Part shown: positions 23,111 to 35,513 of the stretch, piece by piece
Layout of the letters: the number at the start of each line of letters is the position of its first letter
Numbering within the stretch: the stretch's first letter is position 1
Origin: Selaginella moellendorffii
Lineage: Eukaryota; Plantae; Lycopodiophyta
Reading direction: 5' to 3'
Assembly: GCF_000143415.4 (NCBI RefSeq)
Contig: NW_003314284.1
Span: 62,001-126,000, forward strand
Length of the DNA: 64,000 nucleotides
The notes under the pieces: generated by a model
Database searches by the model: none
What the model was told of the DNA's origin: nothing
The model's input: the letters and a program-made list of their open reading frames with translations, nothing else
Made by a program: the position numbers and the translations under genes

Positions 23111-24939
23111 ATGGGATCCAGTAGTAGCAGAAATCTTGATGCTTCTAGGCTGCGCTCCAGCAGAAGGGAGCGAGGCCATGCATCTGATGCTTGCCGCAAC
23201 CAATCCGAGGTCTAGTGATCTTCTTTTCTTCCTCCTTTGATTCTTTCTTGGATGATTCCTTTGCTGCTCCTCCATTCTCTCTTCTTGATTCGATCGCGTG
23301 CCGCAAAATCGTTCTCTTGGTGCCCGGGGAGTGATTTTCTTGGTGTCTTGCCTCGCAGGGAAGGGTGTCTCGCGGCCGGCAGACAGGAATTTCGTCCGGG
23401 AGCGATGGCGCTGCGATATTTCGGCTCGATGAGGGCTCCTCTCTTCCTAGGGATGGTGGATCGCGGGGTAGGGATCAGATACAGATCGAAATTTCCAGGG
23501 GATCTAGCAGCATGGAGTCCACGGATCGTCCCCCCGGATGCTCGTGCTCCGAGAGAGGCCGGGAGGCTCGTGAATCGGTGATTGTCGAGGTCGAGAATCC
23601 CCAGAGCTCGTCAGCCGCGAGATCAATCGCGTCGTCTTTTGACGAGGACAAAGAGGATGGGCTGGACAGTGACGAAGAACTCGATAAGTTGGACAGGTCA
23701 GGCGATGAAGAACAGGCTACTGGGTCATCGTCGTCGTCGTCATCGTCCTCTTCTTCTTCTCCGCTCGCCGTGGAAAATCCTCCTCCTTCCAGCGAAGCTA
23801 CTACCAGGCAGCGAACTCCACAGCAACTTGCTCGTGATTCCAACCAGTTTTTCGACGAGATCCCCGTCGATCTCGTGCGTGCCGTGGATCACTCCGGGCG
23901 AGAGTCGCGACGCAACAGTGGGAGGAGGTTCTGGGACGCCTTGACGAGGGCGGCATCGCACCGACGCAGCACCGCTCCTATCACCATTGTGGCGATCGAG
24001 GAGATCGATGACAATGGCTCCTCCACCAGCCGCTGGAACTTTCAACACTGGAGGAGCTCGTCCGATGCCGAGCACACGGAAGGTGACAGAGCCATGGACT
24101 GGGAAGAACGAAGACGACACGTTCGTTCACATGTAAGAAAAGCTCTCTCTTTCTATTTTTTCTCATGCTTTCGTTTTTCTCACGTAAGATTTTAACTTCT
24201 TTCTATTGTTCTTGGTGTTCGTCTTCCAGGTTTGGGCGCTGCAACGACTTAGCGGGGGTCTCCAAATTTCTCATGGCCACGAAAGAAGCTGTCCTGCCGC
24301 TGGGCAGTTTAATGGCCACTGTTCCTGTGAAACTCAAGCCAGTGAAGACTCTAGCACGAGAGCAAGCATCTCACGCATTATCATGCTTGCGGAAGCACTA
24401 TTCGAGGTTCGTAGCATTCTTTCATTCGTCCATTTTGTTGCCTTTTGTTTTCGTTTGATTTCAAGCTGAGATTTTTGTTACTGCTTCAGGTGCTTGACGA
24501 GATCCACAGGCAATCAGTAGCACTGTCGCAGTCTGCGAGTATGCCTTTGGCATTGCTTCCTGCTCCAGATACAGTAGTGAATTCGATCCCGGTTCGTTCT
24601 TACAAAAAGGCCGAGGAAGCTGCACAGTAAGTCCTTGAGGATAAAGTTTTGCGCGTCGAATAACACACAGATCGCCGTGCGCTTCAGGTGTCACATATGC
24701 TTGGTGGAATATGAGGAAGGGGATCAGATCCGGGTTCTGCCGTGTCAACATGAGTACCACCAGGCCTGTGTCGACAAGTGGCTCAAAGAAGTTCATAGGT
24801 AAATAAATGAGAGAGGACCTTTTCTTGCTTGTCTTATTCTAACTCTTTTGTTCTTACTTAATGCAGGGTGTGCCCCTTGTGCAGGGGAAACGTTTGTTCC
24901 AAAACCATCCCTGCGACGGGAAACGCGGAAGCGGTGTAG
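23111..24939 (+). CDS. RING-H2 E3 ubiquitin ligase with N-myristoylation-like start
   Basis: MGSSSSR exon at 23111; [22 protein letters not shown]; [43 protein letters not shown]. Confidence 0.88.
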
Positions 24940-25137
24940 TCAATTTGTATATAGACGTAATACGGAAGTACATAAGAATCATTTTAATCTCATACTCATT
25001 TACTCGTTTTCTTTTTTCGTTCTTTTTTTATACAGGATCACAATCTATACTTCACAGCAATGGTCGATTTGTTTTCTCCGTTTTTGAACAATCAACAAGA
25101 CTGGATCAACTTTTCGTAAGATTTCCATTTCATGCGT

Positions 25138-25728
25138 TTACTTCCCCCACTTCCAGAATACATTGGAGCCGCACTTGTACTTATCTTTGCCTTCGCACTC
25201 GAGCTTCAGATCGTCGCTCAAGAACTTGACATCCTGGAAGAAGAAAAAAAGCCGCAGCATATTCAAGGCTGTGCTCAAGCTCGCTACTACCGTACCTGTT
25301 TCTTCGCGAGATCTTGGCAGCCGGTGAAGTTGTATGGGAACCTGCAAGTATTGAACTCGACTGTGTAGGCACGGGCCAGGTTCGCTCCACTCGTTGTCAA
25401 TCGCTTCTTATCATTTAGCTCCTGCAGCCAGATATCTCTCGCGAGTAAGATCTATACAAGCAGCCTCGACGCGACATACCTTATTAGCAGCAGACTTTGC
25501 GAGAAGATCTTCCACAAGCCCGGCCTTGGCTTGCTCGCCGGACAGCAATCCTCCAACGAGCAACGCAGCTGCTGCAATCCCGACGATGTTTCTCCTGCTT
25601 CTCTTCTCGTCTTTGCCTTGAGCTGCCTTGATCGCCAAGTTGGTCTTGAGAGGAGCCGCAGTGCTGGCCTGGGAAGTGGTTTGTGGCTTGAGTAGAGCTG
25701 GAGATCCCAGGAAAGAAGTGGCCGCCAT
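25138..25728 (-). CDS. PSAN: Photosystem I subunit N, Tat-type lumenal precursor
   Basis: RR motif plus hydrophobic stretch and AKA cleavage; TSGANLARAYTVEFNTCRFPYNFTGCQDLAK; FLSDDLKLECEGKDKYKCGSNVFWKW. Confidence 0.95.
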
Positions 25729-26166
25729 CGCCCCCTTTGGTAGAGCTTCCAGCGAAGGAAAGATAGCGAGAAAGTGGACGCTGTTTCTATAAGGTAAGCT
25801 GTTTGGATTGCAGGGGAGAGATAAGGGGGTGGAAGATAAGGCGCTGTGATAGGCCGGGCTACGAGTGACATGGCACTTCACTTTCCATGCTGGAATTTTG
25901 TGTGGTGAGATTGACTGTTTTCGCTTGCGTTTCACACGCAGTTGCAAGTCAATTAAAATTCACAATGAAATTTAAAGGTAATAGTAATCACTGCCAAAAT
26001 CTGGAGCCTTACATTGCATTTTTATGGGTGCCAAACGATACTACTAAAAGTTTTTTTTACAAATATAAATTGTGTTTTTCATTGTTGAGGTTTACTTAGA
26101 CGTGATCTTTAGAAAAATGATCGCCCAAAGGGTTAATTTTTATAATGTATCAGCTCCAATGGCGAC

Positions 26167-26235
26167 GACTCGCCTGAGGAAGTGAACTCCCTGCTCATAC
26201 GCTTCTTCAAAGAGTAAAGCATCGCCATTGCCTGA
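26167..26235 (+). pseudogene. 3'-terminal remnant of an epoxide hydrolase gene
   Basis: Encodes DSPEEVNSLLIRFFKE* followed by sequence resembling the 3' UTR of copy 1. Confidence 0.85.
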
Positions 26236-26338
26236 TGGACACTGTGGCATCCTCATGGTTTGCTTGGGATCTGCCAATCTAGCGATAATTGTCTCTAAAG
26301 AATGTGCGTCGAAAATTCCCATCAGCTATACCATGGCA

Positions 26339-28094
26339 CTATGAATCCTCTTCCAGATCGTCCTGGAACTCGGCACCAGCCTTTTGGATGTTAGAGAGGA
26401 GCACATAAGCCAGGGGATGCTCCGGAACAAGCGCGAGCGCATTCCTTGCCACCCTCTCCGCGCGCTCGACGTCCCCGTGCCCCTTGCAAGCGCCCAGCAG
26501 CGTCGTCCACGACAGCCCATCCGGCCAAAACGGCATGCTCGCGATGAGATCCTCGGCCTCCCCAAGCCTCCCCGACCGCCCCAGCACGTCCAGCACCGCC
26601 CGGTAGTGCTCCACGTCCGGCGTGACGCCATAGTCGCGCGGCATGGCCGCGAAGTAGCCGTAGGCCCTCCTCACCAGCCCGGCGTGGCTGCACGCCCCCA
26701 GGACGCTCATGAAGCTCGTCTCGTCCGGCGGCATACCGCAGAGCTCCATGGACTGGAAGAGCGCCAGAGACTCGAGCGCATGCCCGTTCCTCGCGTATGC
26801 CCCGACCATGGCGTTCCAGCTCGCAAGGTCTTGCTCCTCGACGCCGTCGAACACCGCTCTCGCCTCGTCCAGCTTCCCACACTTGCTGTACATGTTGACG
26901 AGCGCCGTCCTCACCACCACTGAGGCGAGGCTCGAGCTCGGGAGGAGAGCGTGGATGATTCTCCCGTCGGCGAGGGCGGACAGCGTCGCGCAGGCGTCGA
27001 GGGCGATCGAGAATGTGTAGTCTGTGGGAACGGCCGTGCCTCGCAACGCCATCTCCCGGAAGAGATTGAGGCACTCTAGCGGATGCCCTGACTGGGTATA
27101 TGCTGAAAGCATTGCGTTCCAGGCCACTGCGTCTGGATTTGTTATTCGATCGAACATTTCTCGCGCTTGGTCGAGACGATCGGACTCTGCAAGGTGGTGG
27201 ATCATTGCAGTCCATGTCACAACGTCCTGTTGGGGCATCTTTGAAAGTATAGCAGCTGTAGTGTGCATATCTCCTCTTTGGGCATATGATTGAGACAAGG
27301 TGTTCCAAGTGATGTTGTTTCGGTGGCTCATCTGATCAAACATAGACTTTGCTTGCTCAATTCTTCCAGATTCGAAGAAAGCGTGGATAATTGCGTTTAA
27401 AGCAATGACGCTGCGCTGCGGTAACTGGCCAAATGTAGCAACGGCCCTGTCAAGACACCCATTCGCGGCATAGACGTGTAGCATGGCATTCCACGTTACC
27501 ATGTCTCGCCAGCTCATCCTGTCAAACGCTGACGCGGACTGGTCAACGCACCCCGCTTTCCCGTACGCCGTGACCATCATCGTCCACGTCACCATGTCGC
27601 GCTGTGGCATGCGGTCAAACAGAGTCCTCGTTTGCAAATAATGCCCCTTTTGGGCATTTGCGGACATGAGAGATGTCCACGAAACTGTGTTTGGATGTGG
27701 CATGTGATCGAAAAGCCAATTTGCCTCTTTCAATTGCCCATCGTCGGCATAGATTTTGATCATTGAGTTCCATGAAACTGTGCTTCTCGCGGGCATCAGA
27801 TCGAATGTGAGCCTGGCAGCGTCAATGTGACCGTTTATGGCAAACCCAGACGCCATAACAGTCCACGAGATTACATCGCGCCTCGGTGTTTCTTCGAAGA
27901 TTTGCCTAGATTTCTTGAGTTGCCCGACCTGTGCATACCCAGCGCCCAGTAGGTTCCATGTCGCAACACTGGGATCCGCAAGCCTGTGAAAAAATCTCAA
28001 GAGCCTCGTCAACCTTGCCGCACTTGGCATATTTCTGGACAAGGATTTCTTCTTCTTCCAACATCCTGGATTTACCCAGTAACTTCCCCAGCAT
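26339..28094 (-). CDS. PLS-class PPR protein (E domain, no DYW), frameshifted near the 5' end
   Basis: PPR repeats and E-domain (EHYRAVLDVLGRSG...SWTTLLGAC...AYVLLSNI). Upstream LVQKYAKCGKVDEALEIF is one base out of frame at a 6-nt T run (27989-27994). Confidence 0.85.
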
Positions 28095-28399
28095 CAGCTT
28101 AGTTTAAGAAGCTCATAAAAGTAAAGGATGGAACCTTGGAAGAATCTTAGAGCCATAGCTTGGAAGAATAGAGTTTGGAAACTCCCAATTTTTCCAGTTA
28201 TACTCATCCAACTGGGATTGACCCGACCAAAAAATTTAGTCTTTGAAAATATAAACCTGGTTCCAAAGAAATAAATATAGTTCATTTTAGAATTAATATT
28301 TTAGAAATGTTTTATATACGAGTTAAATATATAAATTACTATTTAAATGAAAAAAACCCTAGGTCATAAAAAGGGCAACCCTAGGTCAACTTGTCAAAT

Positions 28400-29906
28400 A
28401 TGTCATCTGATGAAGATTACGAGGATTACGAAGGAAGGCCGAGCAAGCGCCAAAGGTTTCTCCAGCAAATCACGAACTTGTCCGACAAGGAGGTAATTTG
28501 TGTGGGATAGTCAGTCAGATTTCTCATGAAGCTCTCGTATCTCTGTAGCTGGAAGCCCTTGTCAACCAGCTCCAGGGAAAGGATAAGAGTGACGAGCTGT
28601 TTGCCAAAACACCATGCGAAATCAAGGAGCAAGAGTTCTGGCAGCGCTTTGGCTTGGTCTCGTTTTGCAGGACAATGCCCATTTACGATCGGTCCGTGCT
28701 CTTTATTCGCTGTTGGATACTTCAAACCTTCTCGCAGGTTTTGCGTAACCGAGATGCGTGACGAAACCCTGAGGTGCATTAGCGACCTTGTTACCTCGGA
28801 CGTGCTCTACTCCACTACCTTTCAAGGCGAGGACCCTTCCGAGGCACCCATTCTCGACAGGATGACGCGCAACCTCGGCCGTTTTACGAGACCCGGGCCG
28901 GAGAAAGCTGCCATATACAGCAAGAAAGAGCCCGATAGAAAGCAAGGCTTTGCAATCAAGTACGCAAACAACGAGGAGCTCCTCGTCGATCCGGATCCGG
29001 AGTTGTCGTCAGAGGATGAAGAGGAGGACGTTGCACAGTGTGCGACTCTCGCTTCTTCTTCCGTCGTGCTGCTGCATGTGTTCAAGAGCGTCCAGACCGT
29101 GCGTGGCCAGCAGCTGAAGTTCGTCAAGGAATGGAAGACCAAGGCTGGGATCAAGGATCTGTTCCAGCCTGCGATGTATGCCATAGATGAGCTCCGCGAG
29201 ACGGCAGCACTCTCGAAAGATTACCGGCGGCCGGTTTACATCATGGTATGTTCTTCTGCTTCATAAATGTGGCTCTAACTTGTGGAGATTTCCAGGCCGA
29301 AGATAAGAACCGGTGGTACTACGGAGTTCTAGAGATAGACGGCTTCGTGCAGGTCCGACACCAAAGGATTGTTTCGAAGAGCTTGAAATGTAAGTTGTGC
29401 CATTGCTTTTCCCAATTGGCATTTTCTCCGTGAACAGGTTTTCCAGAGAAGGCAGCTCCTGTCAATCCCAAGAAGTTCACTCCAAGCGCTACTCAAGAAG
29501 AAGTACTGTTCCAGTTCGCGATGTGGAAAAAGAAGATGGCTCTGGAGGGCATGAAGGTGCCGGACGGCCTCCATCCAGTCGGCCGCTTCTTCTTCTACAC
29601 GTAAGAAAGTTTTCTTTAGCTCGTCTCTCATGCTCGAACTCTTGTTCATGCAGCCTGCAGCAGGGCTATGAAATGCCCAGCACCTCTGCGAGTCGACCAC
29701 TGGGAACCGAAGCCAAACGCTACTTCGATGCCATGCTCAAGGTTCTCGTCGGCCGTCGAGTGACCAACTGGAGCCCCGCTGATGCGCTTCAGGCATGGCG
29801 TAGCCGCGAGTTTTTGGAAGAAAAGGCTGGACGGGCAGCCGGCGTCCCGGCTCAACTGTGGCCTCTTCTACATCCCCAGCGAACCAGTAACACAGTTACC
29901 AGCTAA
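28400..29906 (+). CDS. Uncharacterised six-exon protein with NLS and possible PD-(D/E)xK / Crinkler-REase-like domain
   Basis: Frame-preserving GT-AG splicing from ATG 28400 to TAA 29906; RPSKRQR; FVKEWK...LFQPAMY...PVYIMAEDKNRWYYGVL. Confidence 0.65.
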
Positions 29907-29954
29907 AGAGTTTCGTTTTGTTTGTTTTGGCAGTGAAAACAAGAATTTTCTGCA

Positions 29955-30140
29955 GTGGAATCTTAGAGCAAAGAGTTCTTGTTCTTGACGGCCATGGCGG
30001 AAGGAGCAAGATCGACACCAATATCACAGAGCACAAAAGGAAGGAAAAAAGAATTGCTTTTAACGTGGTATAAGGTTCCAACTCAAAACATCGGCTTTGG
30101 TCTCAAGGAGTTTATCTGTGGGAAGCATTGTGAGTCTCGT
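29955..30140 (+). pseudogene. Collapsed 5' remnant of an epoxide hydrolase gene
   Basis: ggaatcttagagcaaa...gccatggcggaaggagc, acgtggtata..aggttccaactcaa and ggctttggtctca...cattgtgagtctc match the 5' UTR and exons 1-2 of the neighbouring copy, with deletions. Confidence 0.75.
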
Positions 30141-30432
30141 CGACATGAGCTGGAATTTTTTATGATGCTCCAGAGGAGATTGCTCGCAAATACCGCAAGG
30201 CAAAAGAAAAGAGCGAGAAATATGAGGAGCGGCTCAAATTTCCTTCTATGGAAATGAACCAAACGTAACTAACACAGTAAAAACTTGAAACGAGTGCTCA
30301 ACTCCCTGACGAGAACCTTGAGCATGAAGATTCGTTTTAACCTTTTGACTTTGTGGCAATGAAAAAAAACGATTTTGTCTTGGACTTAAAGTGGAATCTT
30401 AGAGCAAACAGTTCTTGCATTCTTTCACGGCT

Positions 30433-31595
30433 ATGGCGGAAGGAGCAACGCACCGCGTGATTGACACAAATGGCATCAAGATGCATATCGCGGAGATGGG
30501 GTCAGGTAAGGCAATCAAAGAAACGAAGAAGCAAAAGATGATTTTGCGAACATGATCGATCAGGAGGGCCGACTGTGGTGCTGCTCCATGGCTTCCCCGA
30601 GACGTGGTATACATGGAGGTTCCAACTCAAGGCGCTGGCGGACGCTGGATTCCACGCCGTTGCTCCAGACTTGCGAGGCTATGGTCTCACCGAGTGTCCC
30701 AGGGATTCATCCGGCAACTTCAAGCTCACGCCTGTGGATCTGGTGGGAGACATTGTGGGTCTCATCTATGCTCTTGGAGGAGATCCAGTACGTTCTCCTT
30801 TACCCCGTCCTTTCTAGTTTTCTAAATCCTCTCTCCATCGCAGGTGTTCGTAGTGGGTCATGACGTTGGAGCTTTCACCGGATGGAACTTGTGTCGCATG
30901 AGGCCGGATCTCGTGAGAGCTTATGCTTCGCTTGGAATTCCCTTAGGAGGATTTGGAGTCCCCCCGGAAGAAGGATTCTACGTGAATCGTTTTGGTGTAA
31001 GTCCGTGAATCACTGCTCCAACTTTGAGCTCACAGCTCTACATCATTCTTTCCAGGTACCTGGGCGAGCCGAGAAAGACTTCGCTCGATTCGACACGGCC
31101 ACCGTGCTCAAGAACATCTACACGCTCTTTTGCCGGTCCGAGCTCCAGATCGCCGGGCCCGACGAGGAGATCATGGACTTGGTCACTACCTCGGACGCCA
31201 TCCCGAGCTGGCTCACCGAGGATTTCATCAAAGTCCAGTCCGAGCTCTACGAGAAGTCCGGCTTCGAGTGCCCGCTCTGCTTCACGTATCGCGATAACAG
31301 GAGGTAAGAATTCTTTGCATTTTCTGGATCGAGTTTGATCGATTTTTGGCGCAGGAAGTTCGAGCTCATGGCGCCCTGGATCAACATGCCGGTGACGAGC
31401 CGCTGCCTCTACATCATTGGCAAAGACGACTACGTGCGCAAGTTCCCGGGGCTGGAGGAGTACGTGACCGGCGGTGGAATGAAGCGAGACGTCCCCAACC
31501 TCGTCGACGTTGCTGTTCTTCCTGGCGGCCATTTCGTGGAGGAAGACTCGCCCGAGGAAGTGAACTCCTTGCTCATACACTTTTTCAAAGTGTAA
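30433..31595 (+). CDS. Soluble epoxide hydrolase, copy 2, 5 exons
   Basis: Close paralog of 1310-2492 in inverted orientation: HGFP, APDLRGYG, GHDVG, EEGFY, GKDD, GGHFVEE. Confidence 0.93.
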
Positions 31596-31664
31596 AGGCA
31601 TAAAAGTAAAAGTCAATAAAAGTCAATGTGTACTTGCCTAGCCCAATAAGATTTAGGGTTTAGG

Positions 31665-33029
31665 ATGATCCGGAAGAGGATAGCTGGAGCTTGCGCTCGA
31701 TCTTTGCGGCGTGGCTTCGCACACACGCCCGATGATCGCGTCTACGGCGGCCCCAAGCCGCAATCTCTATCAGCAAGGGTCACGCTGCGGCATTTGCAAT
31801 CCAAGTATGCCGCCAAGGAGCCGATCACCATGGTCACGGCCTACGATTACCCTGGCGCCGTCCATGTCGATCAGGCTGGCATCGATATCTGCCTAGTTGG
31901 GGATTCTGCCGGTAAGCTTTTCTTCTTTCTTGTGATCGATGGGAGAAAAAATGGTATCTCCAATTTGCGCAGGGATGGTTGTCCATGGCTACGATACCAC
32001 GCTGCCCGTGACCATGAGCGACATGCTCACGCATTGTAAAGCTGTGCAGCGAGGAGCAAATAGAGCTTTTCTCGTTGGGGATCTTCCTTTTGGGAGCTAC
32101 GAGCTAAGCTCCGACCAGGTCTCTAAGTTTCTTCTTTTTCTAGACTTGGTTTAGTTCTCTTAGGCTGTCGAGAATGCCGTAAGAATGCTCAAGGAGGGAG
32201 GGATGGACGCGATCAAGCTGGAAGGTGGTAGCGTTTCTCGAGTAGCTGCAGCCAAGGCCATTTGCGAGGCCGGCATTGCAGTCATGGGACATGTCGGCCT
32301 TACTCCACAGTCGATCAGTGTTCTTGGCGGATTCCGGCCTCAAGGACGGAGTTCCTCTGATGCGGTCCAGGTATTCAACGTTTTCTCTCTTTGTTTTGCT
32401 AGCAGCGATTCGTAAAACATCCAGGTGCTGGAGAGAGCTTTGCACTTGGAAGCTGCCGGATGTTTTGCTACGGTTCTCGAGTGTATACCATCGCCAGTGG
32501 CTGCTGCCATCACTTCGTCCTTGCAGATACCAACCATCGGCATTGGAGCTGGGCCTTTCTGCAGTGGCCAGGTTTATAAGAAACTTAACGTTCGTCGCTC
32601 GGAAACTTACAAAGGAAGAAACGCTTTTTTTTCCATTGCAGGTTCTAGTTTATCACGACTTGTTGGGAATGATGCAGCATCCTCACCACAGAAAGGTAAT
32701 ACTGTTTTTTAATCTTTTTCTTCTCTGCTCAAAGTTTTCTTTGCTCGTTCAAGATGACCCCGAAATTCTGCAAGCAATACGCAAAAGTGGGAGATGTTAT
32801 ACAGCAAGGTCTCGCAGATTACCGTGACGAGGTCTTGAGCGGTCGCTTCCCTTCTGCCGCTCACACTCCATACCGGATCGATGAGCGCCAGACTGAGCTG
32901 TTCCTGAAAGAACTGGAGAGCAGGGGCTACCATTCCGCGGCAGAATCGGCCGCCGTGGCCGCGGAGAAGGACTCTGCGGCCGATGTCGAGAAATCATCTA
33001 ACGTAAAAACTGCCCAGCAAGCCTCGTAA
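31665..33029 (+). CDS. panB: Ketopantoate hydroxymethyltransferase, mitochondrial
   Basis: [60 protein letters not shown]. Confidence 0.95.
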
Positions 33030-33240
33030 CCTTGTAAGTTGGTCCATTCTTTCCGGAAAACTATAAGTTGGTGCATTCTTTCCAGAAGACTTCACATCAG
33101 ACTTGAAAGTCCGATGTGATGTTCTTGCTGTCTTCAACTAGAAGTCTGACTTTGGCCATTGCAGGTAGACACGCAGAAAGAACGAAAGCAAAAAAATAAA
33201 AACAAATCATTCTCTTATCATCGGTCAAAAGAAGCTATGT

Positions 33241-34380
33241 TCACACTTCCTCTCTGTCGTTACTTTTATCCTCGGCGATTGGAGCCTTTGATTTCTCATC
33301 CAGGTATCCTCCATAGGCGTACGAGATGAACCCCCAGACGGAGAGAACCAGCGCCATGATCTTCACCCCTCCCAAGTTGTCGTGGAAGAAGAAGAAGGCA
33401 AAGATTGAAACCAGCGGCGTCGAGGCCGTGATCAAGATCCCAGAGAGAAGCGACGAGGCCAGCATCGCGACGCCGGTCACGGACAGATACTGCACCTGGT
33501 AGAGCACCGCGCTCCAGAACAAAGTCATGAAGTACGAGACACGGCCGCTCTTAAACACCCGCGACTCGGCCGAGATCCGCGAGAAGTCCCCGTTGATGGC
33601 CATCCCGATGGACAGCACCACGGTGGCGACGATGTTGACGAAGGTCATGAGCTCCGCCACCGCCGAGCTGGACGAGGCCATCAAGTTCTTGGTGACGAGC
33701 TCGAACAGCGGGATGAGGAGGCCGAAGAGCACCGCCGCCGCCAGCGTCATGACGAAGCCGAGGATGTACTGCGAGTGCGTCAGGCCGGGGGGCTTGTCCG
33801 AGCTGGAGTGGAGGCCGACGAGCACGGTGCTGCACGTCATGAGCACCACGGCGTTCCACATGAAGGGCGAGAGTGGCTTGCGGACAATCACCAGCGCGAA
33901 GAGGCTGGTAAACACGAGCTGCGTGGAGATGAGGATGGAGCTCGTGGACGCTGGCAAGTAGGAGATCCCCCAGGCGTAGAGGAGGCAAACTCCGCCGTTG
34001 ATGGCTCCCAGCACGACGTAGGCGGAGGCGAGCTTGCGGGAGATGGAGAGGGTCTCACGCAGGCTCTTGGTTTTCTGGAGGAAGAGCATGGAGGCGCTTA
34101 GCGGCCAGCCGGCGACTTGGATCCAGGCGGACAGCCATCGCCGGGAGCCTCCCTGCGTGAAGTAGAAGCGGCCGATGAGGAAGGCGGAGACAGTGCTGAC
34201 GACGGTGACGACGCCGGAGAGCGCGAGCATGAGCCAGTAGAGGCGGCTCTTCCGCTTCAAGCTGCTCCACAGGGAGTTCTTCTTACTCTTATTCGTGTGC
34301 TCCTCCGCGGCCGCTGCTACTCCATCTTGGTGGCTGCTCGAGCAGCGGCCATTCCTGGCCTCCGCGAGCTCCAGCGACAT
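33241..34380 (-). CDS. Purine permease (PUP family)
   Basis: Intronless; RFYFTQGGSRRWLSAWIQVAGWP, SYLPASTSSILISTQLVF, SSLLSG, LSVWGFISYAYGGY. Confidence 0.9.
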   Translation of the reverse strand: MSLELAEARNGRCSSSHQDGVAAAAEEHTNKSKKNSLWSSLKRKSRLYWLMLALSGVVTVVSTVSAFLIGRFYFTQGGSRRWLSAWIQVAGWPLSASMLFLQKTKSLRETLSISRKLASAYVVLGAINGGVCLLYAWGISYLPASTSSILISTQLVFTSLFALVIVRKPLSPFMWNAVVLMTCSTVLVGLHSSSDKPPGLTHSQYILGFVMTLAAAVLFGLLIPLFELVTKNLMASSSSAVAELMTFVNIVATVVLSIGMAINGDFSRISAESRVFKSGRVSYFMTLFWSAVLYQVQYLSVTGVAMLASSLLSGILITASTPLVSIFAFFFFHDNLGGVKIMALVLSVWGFISYAYGGYLDEKSKAPIAEDKSNDREEV

Positions 34381-34632
34381 GATCTACTGCTGGTAAGCTG
34401 TGATCTCCAGTGTTTTTCAACTGATGGATCGCGTGAGGCGCGTGGGAGGCATTCTTTATTCGTTCCCGGAGCTTTGAAATCTACGGGCCACCCAACAAGA
34501 AGCACAGGATTCTTGCTCGGGAGATCGCACGACGTGAATAGCACCACGTTGGCTAGTCTGCCTTTGAAAGTCTATCGCCGTAGCTTAAAACATGTACTTA
34601 AAACATGAGACAGAAGAAGAGTCCTGATGCTT

Positions 34633-35385
34633 TCACTGACTTGGGCCCTCCAGAAGCCACTCATTCACGTCGAATCCATCCAGGACAACGTTGTCAAGGT
34701 TTTGGATATCTCCGGACTCCAGTTTGATGTGATGCATTGGATCAACTTGCGTGTTATTGCTCCCAAACTCATGGTCTTGTTCTTGTCCTTGAGGTTGCAA
34801 GACACCACCACCCTGGAATTGCAAATTCTCTTCTTCCATAAACAGTTGCTGCCAATCCTCACACTCCTCCTCCTCCTCATCATCATCATCATCGCACTCC
34901 TCGTCGTTGCCCGCTCCTTGGCTCGAGCTCGATTCCAAAGCGCTAGTATCTGTCGAGGGCGAGCTTGGATCAGGCGAGCCTCGATCCTCTCCAGACGCGT
35001 TTGCATTATTCATCTCCTCGCGATGCTGCTTGATCACCCTCGCCATGGACGCCGGCAAGAGCTTCAAGTCGGGCTCCCCGTCAGTGCTGACAAAGCGGTA
35101 GAACTTCTTCGTCTCCTCGTGGTAGACTAAAAGCTCCACCACGGGGTTGGCCAGGAGATTGATCTCCCACGCCTTTTTGAACAGGCCCCCGACGCGTTTC
35201 TTGAAGCAGCTCTTCCTCGCCTCGGGGTCTGTGATGAACTTGATTGGGATCTTCTTCCTCCCCCCGCTCTTCTTCTGGCGATCATCCAATGCGTTAACTT
35301 TCGTTCATTGCTTGCGAGCAGACGATGGAAACAATACAAACTTACCTTCTTTGCTGGAGGAGGTGACATGCTTCAATGTAATCAT
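34633..35385 (-). CDS. Type I MADS-box transcription factor
   Basis: GRKKIPIKFITDPEARKSCFKKRVGGLFKKAWEINLL; no K-box; acidic C-terminus. The ATG at 35385 via a 48-nt intron (35298-35345) is inferred. Confidence 0.8.
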
Positions 35386-35513
35386 GGGGGTCGTAGGGCA
35401 AAGATCTTCTTGCCTTAAATCTGCGAAGAGAATCTTCAAAGAAATACGCCATATACGGCACTGCGTTTAACGATTTAACGATCGAGAACGCGTTCTATAA
35501 CAATGGTCTTGAT

